A stretch of 50,764 bases of DNA, the filler included, from Jimgerdemannia flammicorona (Eukaryota): the NCBI GenBank assembly GCA_003990765.1. It is 2 parts of 2 records of this genome, joined end to end, with 100 filler letters (N's around TTAATTAATTAA, not from the genome) between each part and the next. Parts side by side here need not be neighbours in the genome. Positions count along the whole stretch, not along the records: positions 25,438 to 50,764 come from RBNJ01000849.1; 1 more part is not named here. One strand, given 5' to 3'. Shown here piece after piece: positions 40,754 to 50,764 of the stretch. Under the pieces are notes generated by a model. That model was not told where the DNA came from. It saw nothing but the letters and a program-made list of their open reading frames with translations, and ran no database searches. Each line of letters starts with the position of its first letter. The first letter of the stretch is position 1. The position numbers and the translations under genes were made by a program.

Positions 40754-41587
40754 ATGCCTGCTGCCTGCCAAACCTCAAGGTCAAGGAATCACCAAGGTAT
40801 CTCGGTTAAGAAAAGGATGTTCCAAGACATCAGAAGAGCCATGAGGACCTGCTCAAGAAGAACTCCTAGTATCAACCTGGGTACTACAGACCCTTATCAC
40901 TTCATTTTCTATTGCTGTAAAATAGAAACAAGTATCACTATTGCTACCAAATGCCTCCAAATGTGGCAGGAGTATGAAATAGGAAACCTCCTCTACTGGG
41001 AGTTCTCACAAGCCAGCACCCAAGAGCTACAAGATGTCATTCCCATGAATATACGTGAAACAAGGACAGCTAAGAAGATTCATCAGATCTTCAGGCATGT
41101 ACCATGGTTGATCTTCAACTTGGAGTATGTTAGAGTCTCAGACTTCAGAGATCTATCATCCCGCCATATAAATGCACTAGAAGCCAGAGTGGCTACAGAA
41201 GCCCAGTCTACTATCACACTCAACAGTGAAGAAGTAGAAGACTTCTGGCACCCTATCCTTCAGGACAACTCAGACCAATTCCTGCAAGGATTGATCTCAG
41301 TATTCCAAGGCCCAAGCATCCAGGTTAGACCTCCCCAAGACCCCACATTTGTTCTCTATTTTGTGAAAAAGAACCTCATAGACTGGAGAGCTCCAGATCT
41401 TGTTCCCGATTTTCCTACCACAGTCGAATGTGATGACATCATTGGTGATGACATCATCCTGCATGACATCGACATATGCGAGACATATAACGAAGTATGC
41501 AAAAATGATGAATTCATGGATCTCATCTCCTTCAGTGATGATGATGATAAGGATGAAGCTCTCATGGTTCTGAACTTTCTGCTCTAA
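40754..41587 (+). CDS. 277-aa accessory ORF of unknown function inside the A3 3' LTR
   Basis: Fully open, and lies between the LTR start (40512) and the TATAAATA/AATAAA signals (~41827-41860). Acidic C-terminus. Confidence 0.8.
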   Translation: MPAACQTSRSRNHQGISVKKRMFQDIRRAMRTCSRRTPSINLGTTDPYHFIFYCCKIETSITIATKCLQMWQEYEIGNLLYWEFSQASTQELQDVIPMNIRETRTAKKIHQIFRHVPWLIFNLEYVRVSDFRDLSSRHINALEARVATEAQSTITLNSEEVEDFWHPILQDNSDQFLQGLISVFQGPSIQVRPPQDPTFVLYFVKKNLIDWRAPDLVPDFPTTVECDDIIGDDIILHDIDICETYNEVCKNDEFMDLISFSDDDDKDEALMVLNFLL

Positions 41588-42851
41588 GTTCTGTGTTACA
41601 CTGGATAATACCAGCACCAGTATTCTCATATAACACTGGATAATGCCAGCACCGGTATTCTGAGGTGATGCGAAATTGTTCCAGCACTGGCATTTTGATA
41701 TGACACTAAATAATGCCAGCATCCTGAACCTATACAACCATCAGTACCAACTCTGGAACTTAGTAGTTTTAGTTATTGGAATTTTATATTTAGCTTTATA
41801 TTTTAGCAACTATTGAATTATATTTTATATAAATACCCCTCTTATTTCCTCTGAAATAAAGTCAGTCAAGTTCCTCTCAGTGCAATACACACACTTCCTT
41901 GCAAGCAATCTAAGAGATAACAAGACAGTTAAAGATAAGAAGTTTGAGGACTATAAGACCTTGGGAAGGCAATCTAATAAGAACTTACTTACATATAACA
42001 ACTTGAGTTAGTCTAAGAGATACACCTTGAAGAGAATCTGGTATATTTGAAGAACTCAGCAACCACTACATGACAATATATAGCTATACCAAGATCACTA
42101 CCAAGCTGGTCTGCTATATGCTCTACCAATCTGCTCAAAGAACTCCAGATCATAGCTACTATTACTACATAGACCATATTATGCTTGTGTGCAGTTTGCT
42201 CTTCAACAGCACTTCTAAAGTTCTAGTAGGAGTATAGAATCTTATGCATTTCTGGAATTGTATCAAAAAGAGTATGTCAGCAAAGAGAGTGATTATCTGA
42301 AGAGGAGAAAAAAAAAAAAGAGAGATGAGTGTAGGAGATTTCAGAACTCTGGAACCCACCCTTCACTAGTGTTGCAGTATATCCAATTCCTATCCAAACC
42401 CCCCCTCCTTGCTTTTTTTACCCCCTCTTTCCTATTACCTAGTATTTGATATAATTCTTATAAACCTTGTTGATATAGTGATAAAGCTTATTGCTATAGA
42501 GATTCCTTACTACCATCACAACTACCTCTCTATAATCATTAATAATAATATAGTTCTCTTCATCATTAATTACTTCTGCTGGCCAATGGACCCCTTGATC
42601 AAGAATGATTGGCTCTGATTCAAATATAAACCCCCAAGCCTTAATAATGATGCTGGTACTACTCATACTGAATATCTTACCCTTGAATTTCTCTATTTGA
42701 TCAAATGCTGGACATAGTTGAACTCAGATAACTTTGAACTCTCCTTTTCAATAAAACTGAGCCCTGATCTGAGAGGCTGAGATAAGTATATAGACAAGTT
42801 ATATATGGGTGGATTGCATGCGGACAGATTTTGTATGGATGAATTATATAT

Positions 42852-45800
42852 TATCATGTAGTAGTTGCTGAGTCCTTCAAATATACCAGATTCTCTTCAA
42901 GGTGTATCTCTTAGACTAACTCAAGTTTGTTATAAGCAAGTTCTTATTGGAGTGCCTTTCCAAGATCTTATAGTCCTCAAACTTCTTATCTTTAACTGTC
43001 TTGTTATCTCTTAGATGGCTTGCAAGGAAGTGTATATAAGTGAACTTGACTGACTTTATTTCAGAGAAAATAAGAGGGGTATTTATACAAAATATAATTC
43101 AATAGTTACTAAGATATAAAGCTAAATATAAATTCCAATAACTAAAACTACTAAGTTTTAGAGTCAGCACTGATGGTTGTATAGATTCAGGATGCTAGTA
43201 TAATTCAGTATCATATCAGAATACCGGTGCTAAAAGAATTTTGTGTCACCTCAGAATGCCAGTGCTGACATTATTCAGTGTAACAAAGAACTTAGAGCAG
43301 AAAGTTCAGGATCATGGGGGCTTCATCATCATCATCATCATTATTGAAGGAGATGAGATCCACAAATTCGTCATTTTTATATACTTCGATGTTGTGCAGG
43401 ATGACATCATCACCGATGATGTCATCATATTTGGCAGCAGAGAAATCAGGAACAAGATCTGGAGCTCTCCAGTCTATGAGGTTCTCTTCCACAAAATAGG
43501 GGATAAATGTGGGGTCTTGGAGAGATCTAACTCAGGTGCTTAGGCCTTGGAATACTGAGATCAATCCTTGTAGGAATTGGTCTGAGTTGTTCTGAAGGAT
43601 GGGGTACCAGAAGTCTTCTACTTCATCACTATTGAGGGTGATAGTGGACTGGGCTTCTGTAGCCACTCTGGCTTCTAGTGCATTGATATGGTGAGATAAC
43701 AGATCTCTGAAATCTGAGACTCTAACATACTCCAAGTTGGGGATCAATCATAGTACATATCTGAAGATCTGATGGATCTTCTTAGCTGTTCTTGTTTTGT
43801 GTACATCCATGAGAGTGGTATCTTGTAGCTCTTGAGTGCTGGCCTGTGGGAACTCCCAGCAGAGGAGGTTTCCTATTTCATACTCCTACTACATTTAGAG
43901 GCATTTGGTAGCAATGGTGATCCTTATTTCTATTTCACAGCAGTAGAGGATATAATGATAGGGATCTGCAGTACCTAGGTCAACACTAGGAGTCCTTCTT
44001 GAGTGGGTCCTCATAGCTCTTCTGATGTCTTAGAACATTCTTTCTTCGACTGAGATACCTTAGTGATTCCTTGACCTTGAGATTTGGCAGGCAGTAGACA
44101 TTTCATTTGTAGTAAGTCTTTGAGCTATTTTGGGATTGATGGGTCTTGTTGGTTACTGCTACTGTAGTTTCTTGATCCTTCTTTTATATTCTTCAGGATG
44201 CTTGTACTGTGGTCACAATGACTCACAGTTGGTCATCATTGCTCATCTCATATGCTATATGATCTTCTTGTGCTCCAATCTGGTGGCTTGTAAGGAAAGG
44301 CTGTCTCCTGTGCTGATGTCATCATTCTGGGGTCACCATTACATCTTCCTCCTAAATAAGAATCTTCCTGAGCATCCTTATTCATTGGTCCAGTCCTGAA
44401 AAATTTGCTGATCTCATAACCTCTGGCAAGGGGTCAAAAAGTGGTATTTATGGGCTGGCATCTTCCCTTTGTATTTTGGCATGATGGTGAAGAGTCACTC
44501 CCTTCATATAGAGCAAGGGCCTGATTCTGATCTTGACCAATCAGTTGATGGTTCAAACTTCTCTGACTTCAAAAGTCTCACAGATGAGTAGTTGCCAGTG
44601 CTATATTTCTTAGAGAATGGTCCAGACAGATAGTCTGCTAGTCATAAGACATGCTGTTACAATTCGTGGACTAGAACCTCATGAGCAGTCATCACATTTT
44701 GCTTCTCTTATATAGGTTTGTGGTACTTCTTGAGTCTGTTCCTATGTACCATGGTAGGCAGTATGATCCCTGAGAATTTTCTAAGCCAGAAGGTAGTTTC
44801 CTTGATATCTTACACATAGAAGGGTCCTTCCCATTTGGGCTCCAGTTTTCGTGACCATGAGGCTTTTACCATATTTTGATATAGTAGAACCTTTTCTCTG
44901 ATTCAGATGGGTTCTAGGGTCTTGTGATTCTTTTCCACATTCTTCCTTATCAGTACTTGTGACTTGGTGATATAATCTTTAGCCTTCTTCCTGATTTGGT
45001 ATAGTCTCCAGATTTCTGCATCAACCCTTCTCCAAGTTAGGTCTAGATTTGTGGCTGAGATTCCATTAGAATCTTCTTCTCTGAAGAGCAGCTCTCTTGG
45101 GATAAAGTGTGTACTCTGTGACCATATGTCTTATAGGACAGAGAGGATAGTTGGGAGATAGTTATCCCAATTCTCATATGTCTCTGAGATCTTTGTTAGG
45201 ATGTTCTTGAGGGTCTTGTTGGTTCTCTCTGTCTGTCCATTTCCTTGAGGGTGGTACACAGTGGTCTTGATATACTGGATCTTGTATTTCTGATATATTA
45301 TCTCATGGAATCCATTGACAAATTCCATGCTGTGGTCTGTTGTGATTTGCTTTGGTGTCTTGTAGCAGCAGATGATTTCTCAGTACAGGAAGTCAGCTAT
45401 AGAGAGGACATTGGCTTCTTGTAATACTCCTACCTCTATCCATTTGGTGAAGAGGTCTACAATAACTATAATATAGTAGTTTCCTGATAGTGTTACTGGT
45501 AGTGGTCTAATGATATCTATTACAATATGATGGAAGGAGATAGGCTCAATTCTTGATGACCCAGGTACCTAGTCTTGCTGATCTTATTTCTGTTTTTGGC
45601 ACTTGTCACACTCTTTGACAAATTGGTACAGGTCTTCTTCTATCTTGGGCCACTATATGGTTCTTCTTACCTTATCATATGTATTGATTCCTTCTAAGTA
45701 TCCTTGCTCATATACTTTCTTCATTACTTGATACTTCTTGTATTTGGGTATTACTAGCTTTCCTCCTTTTCTGAGTGTAGTGTTGTCTAGTTCAAACTGT

Positions 45801-48800
45801 TTCTAAGTCTGATTGATAATGGTGATTGTCCAGGGTTCGAGGTGGTTGGGCATCTTCCACTGTCCAAAGTAGCTGATTAATCCATAGTATAGCTCCTTAT
45901 TCATGTTGAATAGTCTTGATGGGAGTGTTTTGGAGTGTTCTTGAGAGTGCATCAGCATTGGTATTAGTCTTTCCTGAGCAGTGCTTGACAGGATAGTCAT
46001 ACTCTTGTAGCCTATAGATCCATCTGGCATATATTTCTTTGGAGTTCAGAGTGTGGAATAGCCAGGCAAGAGCAGAGTGGTCTGTTTGAATGGTGAAGTA
46101 TTTCCCAGCTAGGTAGTAGTGGAACTTGTCTACTGCCCAAACTACTGCTAAGCATTTGAGCTTGCATGACTCATAGTTCTGTTCTGCTCCATGGGTACCT
46201 CAGCTTACATAGGAGATGACATATTCATGTCTATCTTTCTTTTGAGCTAGGACTGCTCTAAGTCCTATAGCACTTGTATCTGTCTGCAGGATGAATTCTA
46301 GGTTCCAGTCTGATCTTCTGAGGATAGGTGCTTGGGTCAACCTGATCTTGAGTTCATTGAAGGTTTCTTGGCACTCTTTGGTCCATTTAAATTTGGTTTC
46401 CTTCTTCAGTAGCTTGTAGATAGGTGCTGCAATGTTAGAGTATCCTTTGATGAATCTTCTGTAGTAACTGGCCAGTCCAAAGGAAGGCGTGGACTTCTGT
46501 AGTTGTTCTGGGTCTTGGGTAGGCTACAACAGCCTTGATCTTTATGGGGTCTGTGTAAATTCCAGTCTGGTTGATGAGGTGTCCTAGGTAGGCAATTTCC
46601 TGAGCTGCAAACTTGCATTTCTTGGGCTTGATGTAGAGACCATGCTCCTTGAGCTTCTTGAGGGCTAGTTGTATATAATTGACATGTTCCCATGCAGTAT
46701 TGCTGAAGATGATCACATCATCAATATAGACAAAGAGCCATTTTCCAATCTTGTTGCTGAAGACTCTGTTCATTATTTGCTGAAAACTTGCTGGGGCATT
46801 GCACATTCCAAATGGTATTCGTAGGTAGATATGTATGGCATCAGATATGATGAAGGCTGATTTCTCACTGGCATCTTGAGTGAGACTGATCTGATAGAAG
46901 TCTGAGAACAGATCCAAGGTAGTGTAGTATTTGGCTTCACTTCCAAGAGTGGTGAGGATCTCTTGAATATTTGGTAAGGGCAATATATCCTTCTTGGTAA
47001 TAGTATTGAGCTTCCTGTAGTCAATGCAGAGTCTTGGCATAAACTCTCCAGATTTGCTTCCTTTCTTCAGGGCAAGGACAATGGGTGAGGCCTAGGGGCT
47101 GATAGCTTGCTTGATGATTCTAGCTTCTTTTATTTCCTTGAGTTCTGCTTGCAGCCACTCTCTGTAGGCAGGTGGTATAGATCTGGCTTTCTGGTAGATG
47201 GGCTTGATATCACCAGTGTCAACTTTGTGGTAGTACTTAGGTTCTTGATTGTGGATATCCCTAAAGTCTGTAGTAAGTACTCCTTCATTCTGGTGCAGGA
47301 TTTTGAGAAGTTATTCCTCCAGGGGAAAGTTTTCTCCAATGGTATATGTGTGCTTATTCTGGTCCTTGTCTTTCTTATACTCGAGTTTGGTAATCTTGGT
47401 AGCAGTATAGGCTCCTCTTCCAGTAGATCCAAAGTCTTGTTCTCCTCTCTTGGTCTTGATGAGTTTGATGGCTTCAATTATCTTGGGCTTCTTGACTTTG
47501 TAGATCAGTATCTGGCCAATTCTGTTATGCTTCTTGACTTCGAAGAGGGTGGTGGGGTTGTGATTTCTGACTATGAGGAAGATCTTACCAGTGTAATCAG
47601 GGTCAATTACTCCTCCTTTAACTGAGATTTCACTTTTGGCCAGACTGCTCCTAGTCTTGATAATTCCAGCATGGTTCTCTAGCAGCTTGACTCCAATTCC
47701 AGTGCCAAGTAGGGTGGTGGTCTGTGGTTTGAGAGTAGTATCTTGAATGCTGACAAGGTCCATTCCTATGGCTCCTTCAGTCTTATATTCTGGGATCTTG
47801 GCTTTAGGGTGAAACTTCTTGACTTTGAGGGTGATGTCTGATTCTTGTTTCTCCTCATCATCACTGTCAGCTTGGAGCTCTGGGGGCTGGTCATCTTCTT
47901 TGGCTTTCCTTTTTGCTTCGGTGGCTTCTTGCTTGTGTTTCTGTTAGCAGATTTTCCTGACTTCACTGATATAGGACCAGCAGTCATTCAGGTGTTCAGA
48001 GCAGTACATCCTAGTATTATGGGGGCATCTTCCTTGATGGGCATAGCCATTGATGATCTTGTTGTACCACTGCTCATCTGTGAGCTTGGGTGTCTTGTTC
48101 TTATTCTTGTTCACCAAGTGCATAAAGACCTCTGTGTCTTTTTTATCTCCTTCCTCCATGTCTGGTAGAACTCCTTTGTGGACATTGATAGAGACTCATA
48201 CCTTTCTTCCTCTATAGTTGATCTGCATCTTCTGGGCATTGAGGTCAATGATGGCCTTGGCCTTGTGAAGCCATTGGTTGCTAATGAGGATGTCATAGTT
48301 AGTAGTACTTGTAACAATCACATCTACTGAGATGGTAGCTCCTCCTATCTTGATGGAGACTTCTTGGATTTTGCCAAGGGGGGTAGCTCATGTACCATCT
48401 GCTGTAACATAGACCATCTTGGTGGACTCTTCAATGTCCCAGCCTAGGTGGTCAATTGCCTTCTTGCTCATGAGGCATCCTCCAGCACTGGTATCATTGA
48501 TGGCATCAAAGATACAGTCTTCAATCTAACATGGGGTATAGGCTGATGTCTTGTGCTAGTCTTTAGATTCTTCACCTGAGTTCTCAGATTCTTTCTGTAT
48601 ATTGTGAGCTTCTACAATCTTGTACTCTTGATTCTTGGCAGTAGTTGTAAGTCCTACTCTCAACTGCTGTCTGAAGGCAGGGACTTTGGCTAGTTGTCCA
48701 AAAGTAGTATTGACCTTCTGTTCCTTGAGGTCCTTGTAGATATCATACTGGTAGATCTTAGTCTTGCATAGCTTCTGTTTCTTCTTGCTTTCACTTTCTC

Positions 48801-50764
48801 CTGAGACTGAAGTAGTGCCTTCTATGATTTGGTGGGCAGCTTTATCTAACTCCATGTCTTGATCAATCTCCTTGGATTGGGTCTTGCTTTGAATAGTAAC
48901 AGCTGGGGTCTTCTTTAGTCTTCCAACTGGCTTGCTGTTGCTCTTCTTGTCATAGGGCTTGGACCAGGTTCTGGTACCTTCAGTAGCAGGGTAGAATTCA
49001 AGCTCCTTATAGTATTCTTCATCATCAGTGTCACCAATCTCCTCAATGACTACTGTATTGGTTTGTTCTCTAGTTCTGCTAGCATTGCTTGGTTGGGCTT
49101 TGTGTCTTATTTCAGTCATGCAACTCTTTGCATAGTGGCCTTCTTCTCCACATCTGAAGTATGTGATATTGTGTTCTTCTGTAGCAGCTACAAATCTCTA
49201 CACTGGTCTCCTGTTGGTACTTTGGACTTCTCTAACAACATCACCAAGGTGTACAGTCATCTTGGTGAACTACTTGGCAAGTTCTTCCACTGGGTCAGCT
49301 TTGGCTGTCTTGGGGGTAGGTGGGGTTGGTTGTCTGTTTACAACTGTGGTGGATATGATACTAGTTGGCTTTGATGACTCCATCTTGATGCCAGTTATTT
49401 TCTCCATTAAGTGTTTGGCAGGGTGTCTGGCAGTCCAATATCTCTGTGCAAAGATCACTTTCTGATCAAGGGTTAGTGCAGCTGGGGTAGACCAGATTGC
49501 TAGGACAATTTCAGGGTGAACTCCTTTGAGGAAGGTTAAATCTACTATTTGTTCCTTGAGGCAGTCATCATAGTCAGCCAAGACAATCTGGTGGCAGATT
49601 CAGGTATAGAATGAGTTGGGATCTTCACTAAGTCCCTGGCAGATAGTATTGAGTTGATCTTTGAGAGCTTGCTTGATCTCTTCAGTATAATATGTTGTTC
49701 TGAGAAAGACCTTCATGTTGGCAAGTTTGGCTACACCAGTATTAGCAATGGTGGTTGTATTGAACTTACCTCTGATAGGTCCTCTGAGGCTGACTGGTAG
49801 GAGGGCCAATTGAGCATCCACACTAAGGACTCATATAGCGGCAAATTGTTCAAAGTCTTCAATGAAGGTCAGGATTGACTCTTCAGTAGTATATCTATAG
49901 AATGTGGGGGGATGCATTTCCATCTTGTCTTGATTTCTTACAGGGGTGACTCTTGTAGTCAGAGTAGTTGTTGTGGGGGTTGTTCGTTTTTCAGCTTAAA
50001 AGTGAGGGATTTGTCTTGAATCACCAGCCAATGGGCACCAAGTTGTCACATAGTGGTCACTGAGTCCTTCAAATATGCCAGATTCTCTTCAAGATATATC
50101 TCTTAGACTAACTCAAGTTTGTTATAAGCAAGTTCTTATTAGAGTGCCTTCCCAAGGTCTTATGTCCTCAAACTTCTTATATTTAACTGTCTTGTTATCT
50201 CTTAGATGGCTTGCAAGAAAATGTGTGTAAGTGAACTTGACTGACTTTATTTTAGAGGAAATAAGAGGGGTATTTATACAAAATATAATTCAATGGTTGC
50301 TAAGATATAAAACTAAATATAAATTCTAATAACTAAAACTACTAAGTTCCAGGGTTAGCACTGATGGTTGTACAGGTTCAGGATACTGGTATATTTCAGT
50401 ATCATATCAGAATACTGGTACTGGAACAATTTTACATCACCTCAGAATGCCAGTGCTGACATTATCCAGTGTTACATCAAAATACTGGTGCTGGTATTAT
50501 TCAGTATAACAAAGAACTTAGAGCAGAAAGTTCAGGATCATGGGGGCTTCATCATCATCATCATCATCACTGAAGGAGATGAGATCCACAAATTCATCAT
50601 TTTTGCATACTTCAATGTTGCACAGGATGATATCATCATTGATGACATCATCATGTTTGGTGGCAGGGAAATCAGGAACAAGATCTGGAGCTCTCTAGTC
50701 TATGAGGTTCTCTTCTACAAAATAGGAGACAAATGTGGGGTCTTGGAGACATCTAACCTGAGTG
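42852..50764 (-). mobile_element. Ty3/Gypsy family A copy A4, near full length (3' LTR 42852-44343; 5' LTR from 50044 to beyond the window)
   Basis: Reverse-complement match to A3 throughout: RT 46435-47040 (YIDD), dUTPase 47311-47763, disrupted LTR ORF ~43292-44106, PBS-like TGGTGCCCATTGGCTGG. Confidence 0.95.

Larger units (their letters stand above)
33120..42075 (+). mobile_element. Full-length Ty3/Gypsy family A copy A3 (8956 bp): LTR-PBS-gag-PR-dUTPase-RT-RH-IN-PPT-LTR
   Basis: LTRs 33120-34833 and 40512-42075 (TGTAAC...TGACA), ATAT on both flanks, PBS-like TGGTGCC at 34837, PPT AGGAGGAAGA. Motifs: CFRCGEEGHYAKSC, AIIDTSAG, FVYVDD, QTDAS, MDIIG...TTDHG...GQTERTNK. Scattered stops and frameshifts. 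Confidence 0.95.

Noticed and set aside
40754..41587. LTR ORF as an env gene
   Set aside because: No signal peptide, furin site with fusion peptide, or TM anchor is visible, and it lies inside the LTR.
42140..42850. Decayed coding-like sequence between A3 and A4
   Set aside because: No motif I can identify; probably part of an older TE.

Overview
Eukaryotic, almost certainly fungal DNA (intron style and TE content suggest an early-diverging lineage; this is inference). The left ~8.8 kb holds an apparently intact 12-exon cytochrome P450 (minus strand) and a divergently oriented P450 pseudogene interrupted by a solo LTR with a 5-bp TSD. A degenerate TIR element lies between them. The remaining ~42 kb is a nested TE block: five copies of a Ty3/Gypsy family with a dUTPase between protease and RT (family A, one full-length copy at 33120-42075), two chromodomain-integrase Ty3/Gypsy copies (family B), a decayed hAT transposase, three copies of an unclassified ~350-bp repeat, and a scaffold gap with an artificial linker. 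The TEs show graded C>T/G>A decay. The most notable observation is that families A and B both carry a long extra ORF inside their LTRs, and these proteins look homologous (Y-x-IG-x-LL ... A-x-K ... F ... IP-x-L ... LS ... IN, acidic tail). This suggests a shared, unrecognised LTR-borne accessory protein family.
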